A stretch of 64,000 nucleotides of DNA from NCBI GenBank assembly GCA_963665095.1, contig OY762069.1, forward strand, positions 1,216,001-1,280,000. The letters are read 5' to 3'. Below the pieces are notes generated by a model. It searched no databases and was not told the DNA's origin. It worked only from the letters and a program-made list of their open reading frames with translations. Positions 45,646 through 54,705 of this stretch are shown here, in pieces (position 1 is the stretch's first letter; every line of letters starts with the position of its first letter). The stretch comes from an uncultured Desulfobacter sp. (GTDB taxonomy: Bacteria > Desulfobacterota > Desulfobacteria > Desulfobacterales > Desulfobacteraceae). A program made the position numbers and the translations under genes.

Positions 45646-46152
45646 ATGAGTTTAATCGCAAATAGACATGAGTATTTTGAAGCAGCATTTAAGGCCATTC
45701 TTGGCAAGACGGCCCAGAATACCTTGGCCATAGATATGGATGTGTCGCCTCAGTATATAAATAAGCTGATCAAGAAAGCGAAGGAGCACACTCTTAGCGA
45801 AAAGGCTCAAGAAAAAATAGCCAAAGGGTGCAAGTATTCTCTTGAATCCTTTTTGCTATATGGACAGCAAATAACAGAAGGCGGCAACACCCCTCCCTCG
45901 GAATCAAATCCAAAGGCAAAAGCTGAACTTGAACCTGAATCTGAGGAGGAAAAAACATTGAGAGAATTAGCGTCTCTTATTGCTGAATTGTCACGTGAAA
46001 ATAGATTGTTAAGCAAAGAGAATAAAGAGCTTGCCTTAAAAATCAAAGATTTGGAAAATCAATTGCAGGGTATGAACCGGACTTCGGGGGCCAGCGGGCA
46101 GACTCGGAGTCCGCATTTAAAAGAAAAGGAGACTGCCCAAAAAACAAGTTAG
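45646..46152 (+). CDS. CI-like repressor (XRE HTH plus coiled coil, no S24 peptidase)
   Basis: QNTLAIDMDVSPQYINKLIK HTH; C-terminal leucine-zipper-like heptads. Confidence 0.7.
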   Translation: MSLIANRHEYFEAAFKAILGKTAQNTLAIDMDVSPQYINKLIKKAKEHTLSEKAQEKIAKGCKYSLESFLLYGQQITEGGNTPPSESNPKAKAELEPESEEEKTLRELASLIAELSRENRLLSKENKELALKIKDLENQLQGMNRTSGASGQTRSPHLKEKETAQKTS

Positions 46153-46244
46153 ACGTTCAAAAATTTCTAAAAATAGGGGGAACTTCAATTTCCAAAAGCG
46201 TCAACTCCCCCTTTCATATACATCTCTTAAACACGGAGGGAACC

Positions 46245-46586
46245 GTGATCAATACAACGCTCATCCAGCCCAGAAAGATCCAGGCTGATACAATCGTGGG
46301 GCTCAACGCCCGGGGGATAATTGATCCCCCGGACCAGACTGCTTTTTTTGACACATTAAAAAAAGTGGCTCTGGAAAACACCCACGGTTTTGTAGCCTAT
46401 TCCATACAGCGCACGCTATCATTTATCGGCCTGCTCGTACCGGCTGAGAAAGATATTCTATGCTTTGAGCTTGCGTCATCACCATTATCGAACAAAACTT
46501 ACCAGAAAGACTTACTGTTGAAAGCGGCTCGGGGCCTTATCCCGGAATTCAGGGATCAGACTGTGCCTAAATTTGTTACGTTATAA
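46245..46586 (+). CDS. Hypothetical protein whose 3' end abuts the transposon
   Basis: GGAGG RBS with GTG start. Confidence 0.5.
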   Translation: MINTTLIQPRKIQADTIVGLNARGIIDPPDQTAFFDTLKKVALENTHGFVAYSIQRTLSFIGLLVPAEKDILCFELASSPLSNKTYQKDLLLKAARGLIPEFRDQTVPKFVTL

Positions 46587-46724
46587 TGAGAATGATCACA
46601 AAAAATCATGGAAAAATTAAAGATAATTTGCAAGATATGCCAGGGATGAGGCAGAAGCTCCCCCGTTTATCTCGCAAATAATCAATGGAACTTCTGCCCC
46701 TATTACCCTAACAGGGCAGGAGAT

Positions 46725-47300
46725 ATGCTATCAGAACTTATTAAAAACAAAAATCTTTTTTTCCATCTTTACGAAATCGATAAAAATACAGCAAAACAGT
46801 ACAGACAGTTGCCTTGTCCGCATTGTGGAGGCCCCTTATATTTCAGCAATTACATGCGCAAGCCCCGGGGAGAGCCTGAGGGCGTGCCGGAGGAATTCTT
46901 TATTCAGTTCAGCCTATGTTGTGGAACCGAAGGGTGTCGCAAAAGATTGATGCCGCCGTCCTGCCGTTTTCTGGGGAGAAAAGTCTACTGGTTTGCAGTT
47001 ATTCTGTGTGTTTTAACAGACTGGCAAAATACCAATGAAAAAATCACCGTTTATGATTTGTCCATACGAACTGGCATTAGCCGGAACACAATAAACCGCT
47101 GGCTTGCCTTTTTTCAGGATACATTTCCAGTGAGCCGAACCTGGCGAAGGCTTCGGGGGCAGATATCCGCTGGTGTCAGTAACAGCCGTCTGCCGTCAAG
47201 TTTCATCAATTATTGCCGGGCGGTGAAATCCAACGCCGAAAACGCACTTGTATCAAGCCTGATAATCTTATCAGGCGGGTCCAAAATCAGGGCCGGATAA
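46725..47300 (+). CDS. Zn-ribbon plus HTH transposon accessory protein (DUF6431-like)
   Basis: CPHCGG, CC...CRKR..PPS.RFLGR.VY, GISRNTINRW. Confidence 0.7.
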   Translation: MLSELIKNKNLFFHLYEIDKNTAKQYRQLPCPHCGGPLYFSNYMRKPRGEPEGVPEEFFIQFSLCCGTEGCRKRLMPPSCRFLGRKVYWFAVILCVLTDWQNTNEKITVYDLSIRTGISRNTINRWLAFFQDTFPVSRTWRRLRGQISAGVSNSRLPSSFINYCRAVKSNAENALVSSLIILSGGSKIRAG

Positions 47301-47406
47301 TCTCGCGCAGAGGATGAACATAGACAAATATATGCAGGCTGTTTTACCACCTGATTTCAGACGTTGATCCGAAATTTTAACCTGAAATTAAAAAGGAGCC
47401 TGATTT

Positions 47407-48852
47407 ATGAGTGGTAAAACACAGCACCCGGCAGACCTGTGGGCATTATTTCGCTTTTCGGTTATCGGCGGTTTACTGGCACGCCCTCCGGCAAAGGGAG
47501 AGTTGCAAAATGAACTGACCCGGCTCGCAGGTCAAATCTATTCTCATCCTGTGACGAACAAACCGACCTGTTTTCATTTTTCCACAATTGAGGCCTGGTA
47601 TTACAGGGCAAAAAATTGCCAGGACCCAATTCTGGCTCTGGGCCGTAAAGTTCGTTCAGATATGGGCAAATCCACAGCATTGAATGCTGAATTGATCCGC
47701 CTTCTTGGTGTCCAGTACAACACTTATCCGCAATGGAGCTATCAGCTTCATTGCGACAACCTGGCAGCTGAAATCGCTGAACAGGGCCTGTGTGAGAATC
47801 CGCCGTCCTATGCAAGTGTGAGAAGGCGTATGGTTGAACGGGGTTGGAGAAAAAAGGCTTCCAAGAACAAAAATCAAACATCCGGACAGAAATCAGCTTT
47901 TAAGCGATTAGAAACGTATGAAGTCCGTAGTTATGAAACCGAAAACATCCATGAATTATGGCATCTGGACTTTCACGAATGCAGCAGGCGCGTGGTGGAC
48001 GAAAAAGGTCAGTGGCATACGCCCAAGGCATTGTGCATTCTTGATGATCGCTCCCGTCTGTGTTGTCATATTCAATGGTATTTGAATGAAACGGCAGAGG
48101 TTTTGATCCACGGCTTGTCCCAGGCGTTTTACAAAAGAGGGCTTCCCAGAGCCTTGATGACAGATAATGGTTCTGCCATGATTGCTCATGAAACCGGCAA
48201 CGGACTTAAACGATTGGGCGTCAGTCATGAGACCACGTTGCCATACTCGCCCTATCAAAATGGGAAGCAGGAAGCCTTTTGGGGTACACTTGAAGGCCGT
48301 TTGATCGCCATGCTGAGCCGGATGGATTCTTTGACCCTGGTATATTTAAATCAGGTCTCCCAGGCCTGGATCGAGATGGAATACAACAAGTCAACCCATG
48401 ATGAAATTCATATGTCGCCATTGCAATGCGCCCTTGACGGCAAGGATGTGTCACGTCCTGCACCGGAACCTGAACAGCTTCAATTTTCGTTTACAGCCTG
48501 TGAATCCAGAAAACAGCGTCTGTCCGATGGTACCATCTCTTTGATGGGCATCCGGTTTGAAATCCCTTCACGGTTTAATCATATCCAGCGTCTTCATGTC
48601 TGTTTTTGCTCCTGGGATAAATCGGTTGCCTGGCTGATAGATAAACGAACCGGAAATAAGCTTGCCGCAATTTATCCCCAGGACAAGACAAAGAATGCTT
48701 CAGCAATCCGTCGTATCAAATCCACTCCGGATGAAATTAACCCTGGCCATGAAACCCTGTCCGGATCAGAACCGGCCCTGCTTAAAAAGCTCTTGTCCGA
48801 TTATGCAGCAACCGGAATGCCTTGTGCCTACTTGCCAATGGAGGAAAAGTGA
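47407..48852 (+). CDS. DDE transposase (rve core, Mu-like C-terminus)
   Basis: LWHLDFH, ILDDRSR, LMTDNGSA, PYSPYQNGKQE, DGTISL.G.RFEIP. Confidence 0.9.
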   Translation: MSGKTQHPADLWALFRFSVIGGLLARPPAKGELQNELTRLAGQIYSHPVTNKPTCFHFSTIEAWYYRAKNCQDPILALGRKVRSDMGKSTALNAELIRLLGVQYNTYPQWSYQLHCDNLAAEIAEQGLCENPPSYASVRRRMVERGWRKKASKNKNQTSGQKSAFKRLETYEVRSYETENIHELWHLDFHECSRRVVDEKGQWHTPKALCILDDRSRLCCHIQWYLNETAEVLIHGLSQAFYKRGLPRALMTDNGSAMIAHETGNGLKRLGVSHETTLPYSPYQNGKQEAFWGTLEGRLIAMLSRMDSLTLVYLNQVSQAWIEMEYNKSTHDEIHMSPLQCALDGKDVSRPAPEPEQLQFSFTACESRKQRLSDGTISLMGIRFEIPSRFNHIQRLHVCFCSWDKSVAWLIDKRTGNKLAAIYPQDKTKNASAIRRIKSTPDEINPGHETLSGSEPALLKKLLSDYAATGMPCAYLPMEEK

Positions 48853-49676
48853 TGAACAGCAAACGATTATTGGCTTATTATGGATTGAAGTACAATCCTT
48901 TTTTACCAAATATTCCTGTGGACTCATTATGGCATCCACCCCGGATGGAGGCATTTATTACACGCCTTGAAAATATGACCATGAACGGTGGATTTGCATT
49001 AATCGCCGGTGAACCCGGTCTTGGCAAATCCAAGACACTACAGGCGATTGCCCATCAGCTTGGCAAGCTTGATGAAGTCGTTGTCGGCGTTATGGAGCGC
49101 CCCCAAAGCAGCGTGGCCGATTTCTATCGGGAAATGGGGACACTGTTTGGTGTCAATTTGAGTCCGGCCAACCGTTACGGAGGGTTCAAAGATCTGCGGC
49201 AACGATGGAAAAATCATATTAAAACAACCCTGTTCAGACCCGTCCTGCTCATTGATGAGGCTCAGGAAATGCTTACCGGATGCCTGAATGAGCTTCGGTT
49301 GCTCAACAGTATGGATTTTGACTCCCAGAATTTATTGACCACCATTATCTGTGGTGATACCCGGCTGCCGGAACGGTTCAGAACCAGTGCATTGGTAGCC
49401 CTGGGGAGTCGACTCCGGTTCCGGTTAAAATTGGATCCTTATACCCGGGAAGAATTGTTGGATTATATAGCGCATTGCCTAAATCAGGCCGGAGCTCCTC
49501 AACTCATGACAAAACCTTTAATCACCGCTTTGGTAGAGCACTGTACAGGAAACTTACGGGTCCTCAATAATATGTCGGCAGAACTGCTTGAAGTGGGCGT
49601 TCAAAGAGAGCTGCCGCAACTGGATGAGAAACTTTTCATAGAGCTTTTTTCACTGAAACCGTCGCCAACCAGATAA
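48852..49676 (+). CDS. ExeA/TniB-like AAA ATPase
   Basis: YGLKYNPF, GEPGLGKS, LLIDEAQEM, GNLR; ATG overlaps the transposase TGA. Confidence 0.88.
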   Translation: MNSKRLLAYYGLKYNPFLPNIPVDSLWHPPRMEAFITRLENMTMNGGFALIAGEPGLGKSKTLQAIAHQLGKLDEVVVGVMERPQSSVADFYREMGTLFGVNLSPANRYGGFKDLRQRWKNHIKTTLFRPVLLIDEAQEMLTGCLNELRLLNSMDFDSQNLLTTIICGDTRLPERFRTSALVALGSRLRFRLKLDPYTREELLDYIAHCLNQAGAPQLMTKPLITALVEHCTGNLRVLNNMSAELLEVGVQRELPQLDEKLFIELFSLKPSPTR

Positions 49677-49687
49677 GAGGTATAAAA

Positions 49688-49930
49688 ATGACAATCAATG
49701 AAACACAACTTGAAAAAACAATGGCTGAAATTGTCGACGAGCTGGGCAATCTGGTCATGGAGTTGATCCTTGTCAGTTTAAAAAAAATAAACTCGGAAAA
49801 TCATCTTTTGACAGAATTGCTGGAGATCAAACAAGAGGAACAAAGAGAAAATGAATTTTATGGTTTTGGTGAAACGGAGCCGGGACATCCTGGGGAGGAA
49901 ACCCGGCAAGGGATAGCCAAAAGCAGGTAG
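49688..49930 (+). CDS. Small acidic protein, last gene of the transposon
   Basis: GAGG RBS; followed by a hairpin at 49948-49977. Confidence 0.55.
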   Translation: MTINETQLEKTMAEIVDELGNLVMELILVSLKKINSENHLLTELLEIKQEEQRENEFYGFGETEPGHPGEETRQGIAKSR

Positions 49931-50200
49931 CATTGAATAATGCGCCGGGGGAAGCGGGGTTGACCTGCTTCCCCTTTCTGTATTATTCAAGCTTTCCTGC
50001 TCATGCCTTAAAAAACCCAATAAAATCAGTCGGAGCGCAGCGACATCTGCTAATCATTGAAAATACAGTTATGCCTTTCCCTGATTTATCCTGATTGTCG
50101 CTCCATTGATTATCGTGCTTCCTCTCAATAACATCAATCACCCGGCTGCCACGGGTGGCCGGGGTATCATTATAAAAAACAATCAATCAACGAAAGCCCT

Positions 50201-50920
50201 ATGCGAAATAAAATTAATGGTATCCCTAATTATTTATTCATTGCTTATCTTTTAATTTCGTACCCTTTATATTGTTTAACTGAAGCCCCTGACAACAATG
50301 GTTTCTATTATTTTTTTCTTTTCCAAGTCAGATACATAGGGTTCTCTTGTGTTCCGCTATTTTTCATTATAGCCTATAATTTTTATAAAAAAGAAATCAT
50401 AGGTCTTATTTCATCTATTCTTTCAATTGTATTCATTTTAATCATAATCTTGGGATATTATGGCGAAACACGCGCCCAAGAAGAGGCCAAACAAAAAGCT
50501 GAAAAAATCATATTTGCATCAAATTTAAATCAAATTCAATCGATAGTTTTGGCTCATGCTACTCCAGACGAAATACAAAGGCTCGTGTCACAAGGACTTA
50601 TCCCCATGATAACACCCTCGAACTTAAATTATTATACAAACGGGGCTATTGGGTGGACATATGGAGATAACGATAAGGTCTGTTTTGTTTATTCAGAGGA
50701 TATGAGACGTATAGAATACGGGGTTTATGAACGATTTGTTCAAACCGATACAGAAAAACAATTCTTAAAAAAATTATGGATTAACGCTTTGCAAATATTG
50801 TCAAATTCTCATGAGGACATTGATGATTGCATTTTTTTTGAACACAATGATTGTGTTGTTACAGTGAAAGAGAAAAATAACAATACCTTGATGTTAATTG
50901 TAATGTGCCAGAAGAGTTGA
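50201..50920 (+). CDS. AT-rich membrane protein (moron-like cargo)
   Basis: Three N-terminal TM segments then a soluble domain; visibly lower GC than flanks. Confidence 0.6.
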   Translation: MRNKINGIPNYLFIAYLLISYPLYCLTEAPDNNGFYYFFLFQVRYIGFSCVPLFFIIAYNFYKKEIIGLISSILSIVFILIIILGYYGETRAQEEAKQKAEKIIFASNLNQIQSIVLAHATPDEIQRLVSQGLIPMITPSNLNYYTNGAIGWTYGDNDKVCFVYSEDMRRIEYGVYERFVQTDTEKQFLKKLWINALQILSNSHEDIDDCIFFEHNDCVVTVKEKNNNTLMLIVMCQKS

Positions 50921-51039
50921 AATTAACAGCTCTGGATTATACTTAAACGTTATGATTAAAATTAATTTTCGTGCCAAAGGTATTACCGCTTAAAAAATAG
51001 TTGAGACTTTACCCATGGGTATTTTCCCGCCCTTGAAAA

Positions 51040-51363
51040 ATGTCACCAGGAGAAATAATTTTAAAAGACCCCTTGACACCACCCCAACAACCGACTGACA
51101 TCACCACAGAACGCCATCGCCAAGTAATTGAAAAGTTCAAGCAAAAAGACTTGGCACTTGAAATAAACGAACTGTTACTCGAAATAGAAAAAGGGGCATA
51201 TCATGGGCTACTTTTTATCAAGCCGGTAAAAACTGACGAAGGTATTCAATATAGCGCCATATCAGAGGTCACGCCCGTAAAATTATTCGTATGCAAAATT
51301 TGTGGTTATAGCGAAAGCTACCTGGTTGACCCTGAGCTTGAACAGCCCGGAGGCATTGATTAA
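51040..51363 (+). CDS. Hypothetical, possibly chimeric protein
   Basis: Helical N-half; C-half with a single CKICGY knuckle. Confidence 0.45.
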   Translation: MSPGEIILKDPLTPPQQPTDITTERHRQVIEKFKQKDLALEINELLLEIEKGAYHGLLFIKPVKTDEGIQYSAISEVTPVKLFVCKICGYSESYLVDPELEQPGGID

Positions 51364-51384
51364 TTCGGAAAGGAGTCATATATT

Positions 51385-51672
51385 ATGGGTGAGCTTATGC
51401 AATTACCATGCTCTATTCCTGAAAAATTTTCCTCAAGCGGAGGTGGAGGCAATATGGAAGCAAGAGTTGCAAAACTTGAATCGGATGTTGAGCATATCAA
51501 AACCGACGCATCCGATATTAAAACAGACATCCGGGATCTCGCAAAAGAATTGAGATCAGACATTCGGGATATGAGAAAAGACCACAGATCTGATTTCAGA
51601 ATCCTTATTGGCTTCCATATAACCACCTTGGTTTGCCTTATTGGATTGCTGGTTAAAATTTTCGGGAAATAA
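51385..51672 (+). CDS. Coiled-coil protein with C-terminal TM helix (DUF1640-like)
   Basis: MEARVAKLESDV..IK.D...IK.DIR.L heptads plus hydrophobic tail. Confidence 0.65.
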   Translation: MGELMQLPCSIPEKFSSSGGGGNMEARVAKLESDVEHIKTDASDIKTDIRDLAKELRSDIRDMRKDHRSDFRILIGFHITTLVCLIGLLVKIFGK

Positions 51673-51770
51673 ATAGTTCAACCCGTGGCGTGAAAAAAGC
51701 TCCGCAGCATTAAAATTGAAAAGACAATAATCCCCTTGCCACACCCCCGCCGCATAAAGACTGTTCACAC

Positions 51771-51799
51771 TTGACAAATACGTCTCCAGGGCGTATAAA
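51771..51799 (+). promoter_or_regulatory. sigma70 promoter of the RelE/HigA pair, probably leaderless
   Basis: TTGACA, 17 bp, TATAAA; ATG 5 bp downstream. Confidence 0.6.
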
Positions 51800-51804
51800 A
51801 TACC

Positions 51805-52068
51805 ATGAACAAAATAATCCTGAATAAAAAAGCACAAAAGCAACTCAGAAAAGTACCAGCACACATCCAGGGTAAACTTCAGGGCTGGATTGAAGCAGTT
51901 GAAGCTTTCGGGATTGAAGAAATCAGGCTGATACCCGGATACCATGACGAACCTTTAAAAGGCCGGAGAACCGGGCAAAGATCTATACGGCTTTCAAAAG
52001 CCTACCGGGCGATATATATCGACAACACCATTATTGAAATCATAGAGGTGAATAAACATGACTACTGA
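51805..52068 (+). CDS. RelE/HigB-family toxin
   Basis: GYHDEPLKGRRTGQRSIRLSKAYRAIY...EVNKHDY. Confidence 0.85.
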   Translation: MNKIILNKKAQKQLRKVPAHIQGKLQGWIEAVEAFGIEEIRLIPGYHDEPLKGRRTGQRSIRLSKAYRAIYIDNTIIEIIEVNKHDY

Positions 52069-52360
52069 AAAAACATATGGCCGGGAAGCGATGGAAAAAG
52101 AGTACGGCCCCTTGACCTTTGGCCGGGCGCTCTGGTCCCACCGGATGTGTGAAGAGATTCCCCAGAAAGAGTTTGCCAAACTTCTGGGCATCTCCCCGTC
52201 AAGTCTGTGTGATCTGGAAAAAGGCAGAAAGTTACCATCTGTCAACAGGGCTGTGAAAATTGCCGGGATATTAAATGAACCTGACAAGATATGGGTTCGC
52301 CTGGCTCTCCAGGACATGATCAGAGAAGCTGATTTGCAGTATGAAGTGTCTGTGGTTTAA
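52058..52360 (+). CDS. HigA-like XRE antitoxin
   Basis: QKEFAKLLGISPSSLCDLEKGRK HTH; overlaps toxin stop. Confidence 0.85.
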   Translation: MTTEKTYGREAMEKEYGPLTFGRALWSHRMCEEIPQKEFAKLLGISPSSLCDLEKGRKLPSVNRAVKIAGILNEPDKIWVRLALQDMIREADLQYEVSVV

Positions 52361-52405
52361 ACAAACACTGCCAGGGAAACCCTGATCGTTATTAATTCTC
52401 ACCCC

Positions 52406-52434
52406 TTGAAAATGGTGGCATAAATTGCTACCAT
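52406..52434 (+). promoter_or_regulatory. hicAB promoter with overlapping palindromic operator
   Basis: TTGAAA, 17 bp, TACCAT; ATGGTGGCA / TGCTACCAT inverted repeat. Confidence 0.6.
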
Positions 52435-52440
52435 ATACCA

Positions 52441-52695
52441 ATGAAATCAAAGCACAGAAAAACACTTGCCGCAATCTTTGCCGTACCGACCAGGGCAAAT
52501 ATTAAATTCAGTGACATTGAAGCCCTGATTATCGCTCTTGGTGGTGAAGTCCGGGAAGGGGCCGGATCTCGGGTAATGCTGGAACTGTCCGGCACACGGG
52601 AATATGCCCACCGGCCCCACCCGGGCAAGGAGGCAAAGCGTTATATAGTGGAGAGAATCCGCGAATGGTTGAAAAGCCTGGAGGTGACACCATGA
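52441..52695 (+). CDS. hicA: HicA-family toxin
   Basis: KHRKTLAAIF..P...NI.F.DIE.L, GAGSRV, HRPHPGKE. Confidence 0.88.
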   Translation: MKSKHRKTLAAIFAVPTRANIKFSDIEALIIALGGEVREGAGSRVMLELSGTREYAHRPHPGKEAKRYIVERIREWLKSLEVTP

Positions 52696-53030
52696 ACAGC
52701 ATGACATACAAGGGATATTTTGCAAAAATCAACTTTGATGAACGGGATAACATCTTCTGGGGGAAGGTGCTTGGGGTGAAAGACAGTATCACCTTTGAGG
52801 GCGAAACCGTAACCGAACTAAAAGAAGATTTCCAAAACGCTATTGATCACTACCTGGTCATTTGTGAACAAGAGGGAATTGCCCCGGATAAACCTTATTC
52901 CGGCAAGCTGACATTGCGCCTGCCCCCTCAGACACACGCTGAAATTGCCCAGGCAGCAGCACAAAAAGGAACCAGCCTTAATAAGTGGGTGGCTGATACT
53001 CTGCACCGCGCCGTGGAAACATCAGCGTGA
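52692..53030 (+). CDS. hicB: HicB-family antitoxin
   Basis: MTYKGY, ITFEGETV.EL...F..AID.YL, KPYSGKLTLR, SLNKWV. Confidence 0.9.
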   Translation: MNSMTYKGYFAKINFDERDNIFWGKVLGVKDSITFEGETVTELKEDFQNAIDHYLVICEQEGIAPDKPYSGKLTLRLPPQTHAEIAQAAAQKGTSLNKWVADTLHRAVETSA

Positions 53031-53404
53031 CCCTGATCCCCCATGCGGTGGTCGAGGAATCGGTAAATAATTTTTTCTTGACACCACCCCAATAAGTATG
53101 CTTCCATAATCAGCATCTCACATGTCTCATCAAGCCCACCCACCAGGGAGGGCCTGAGATGCACAAATCAGCACCACCAATTTTAAGCAACGGAACCCGT
53201 ATAGGGTCTCGCTGCTTTTTTATTTTCCGCATCCCGCCAAATTTTTCTGCCGGCCATTGGTACCTCCTTCACGGGCTACCCGGAGCCCCGGAACCCAAGC
53301 TTTCCGTGCGGCCAATGGCTGTTTTCATTTCCGCTGGAGGGCGCCGGGTATTTTCTTCTTCAATTTCAATTTCAATCCAAAATACAAAAATTCAAGGAGG
53401 CATC

Positions 53405-53608
53405 ATGAAAAAAGCAGTGCGTATTGATTACAGTAAATTCGGTCCAGTCGTGGTTTGTCATCTTACAGCCATTATGCTGAAAACCCAGCAGCGGGAAATC
53501 AATGATCAGGCTGCAGCCTGTGCAGCTTGGCTGCCGGCCGTATTCCCTTTACGGCCGGTGCGACTGGGAAGCCTTGACGCTTTTGTCAAAAGCGGGGTGA
53601 TCAGATGA
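53405..53608 (+). CDS. Phage hypothetical protein, first gene of the rightward early operon
   Basis: AAGGAGG RBS before ATG 53405. Confidence 0.55.
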   Translation: MKKAVRIDYSKFGPVVVCHLTAIMLKTQQREINDQAAACAAWLPAVFPLRPVRLGSLDAFVKSGVIR

Positions 53609-53693
53609 AAATTATGGTTGAAGTCGTATTCTGGCTGACGTCCGCTGTGATCCTGGGATACCTGCTTGGGGACTTTGTTGAAAGGATACTGAA

Positions 53694-54101
53694 ATGATCT
53701 ATGTGATGGACTGCGGTTGCCGGAAAGCCCGCGATGAGCTTGTTTTTACACAGTATGGATTAAGGTGTCCGGACCATCGTGACGCCCGTATTGATCATAA
53801 AGAAGTCACCTGCGTGGACTGCGGCGCCATCATTGAACTTACGCCCAGGGCACAGCCGGCGTCCAGGTGCAAATTGTGTCAGAAAGAACACGTCCTCAAA
53901 CAGAACCGTGAGAACCGGCACAACAAGAAAAAGATGACTGCGGCTGAAAAAATGCGGCGCCGCAAAGCATCCGTTGATGCCTGGGACTGTATCCACAGAG
54001 ACGAATGCCTCAAGGTTGAGACAAGAGACGGGAAACTGCCTGGGTATCTGCCTTGTTACCAGTGTGAGCGGTACAAGTCGGCTTCGGAGGTGGCGGCATG
54101 A
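53694..54101 (+). CDS. Cys-rich zinc-finger phage protein
   Basis: CGC, RCPDH, CVDCG, CKLCQ, PCYQC. Confidence 0.6.
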   Translation: MIYVMDCGCRKARDELVFTQYGLRCPDHRDARIDHKEVTCVDCGAIIELTPRAQPASRCKLCQKEHVLKQNRENRHNKKKMTAAEKMRRRKASVDAWDCIHRDECLKVETRDGKLPGYLPCYQCERYKSASEVAA

Positions 54102-54277
54102 GCGAAGAATTACAAACCGCATACGAACAACTGAATGCAGCGGCCAGGGATGTCCTGGATCTGGCCGAACCGTATAGTGATGATGAATTCATCCTCCACG
54201 AAGATTGCTATAAGGACCTGGCCGCAGCGCACAAGGCTGTTTACCAGGCCATGAAGGCAGCAAGACATGCAGCTTGA
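54098..54277 (+). CDS. 59-aa phage hypothetical protein (not in ORF track)
   Basis: GGAGG RBS; ATGA overlap with upstream stop; MSEELQTAYEQLNAAARD... Confidence 0.55.
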   Translation: MSEELQTAYEQLNAAARDVLDLAEPYSDDEFILHEDCYKDLAAAHKAVYQAMKAARHAA

Positions 54278-54494
54278 TTTGTTCGCCAATCCACACGAAG
54301 GAGTTGAACTGCCTTGGTTCCCGGGGTCGATGCCGCCTACAGATGGGCAGAAGATCCTGGAAGTATATGAGATGGAGGACGGCACCGCATCTGAGATTAT
54401 TCCATCAACTTATTATCAAAAATTTCATGATGCCGGGTTTTGCAGGCCTGTTTTGTGGTGGACGCCCATGCCGAAACACCCAACTAAAAAGTAA
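54267..54494 (+). CDS. DUF551-like phage protein
   Basis: W.P..MPPTDGQKIL...VLWWTPMPKHP. Confidence 0.5.
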   Translation: MQLDLFANPHEGVELPWFPGSMPPTDGQKILEVYEMEDGTASEIIPSTYYQKFHDAGFCRPVLWWTPMPKHPTKK

Positions 54495-54510
54495 AAAAAA
54501 GGAGATAATA

Positions 54511-54705
54511 ATGACCACTTCACCAGAAAGTTTATGCAACACTTCAGTCGAGGATGCCAAATCAAGCCTGTACCATTTTGGTGTTGGTGACCTGAAAATA
54601 GTACAGAAAGCATACCTGTATGAATGCGCCCACATGAACCGGTCTTCTATGAAAAAAATACTGTTGGCTAAACAGAGGCAACTCCTGAAGGAGAAGAAAC
54701 AGTGA
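54511..54705 (+). CDS. Phage hypothetical protein
   Basis: AAGGAG RBS before ATG 54511. Confidence 0.55.
   Translation: MTTSPESLCNTSVEDAKSSLYHFGVGDLKIVQKAYLYECAHMNRSSMKKILLAKQRQLLKEKKQ

Larger units (their letters stand above)
46574..50133 (+). mobile_element. Four-gene Mu/Tn552-like transposon (Zn-ribbon/HTH + DDE + ExeA-type ATPase + small ORF); ends approximate
   Basis: TGTTA...TAACA candidate termini; ATAATCAATGGA at 46678-46689 and inverted at 50102-50113; gene content. Confidence 0.7.

Noticed and set aside
46569..50138. Target-site duplication for the transposon
   Set aside because: Flanks AAATT and TCAAT do not match; an alternative TTATAATGA inverted pair (46581 / 50167) also gives no duplication, so ends remain approximate
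53078..53110. sigma70 promoter at TTGACA 53078
   Set aside because: Candidate -10 boxes lie 13 or 21 bp away, not 16-18
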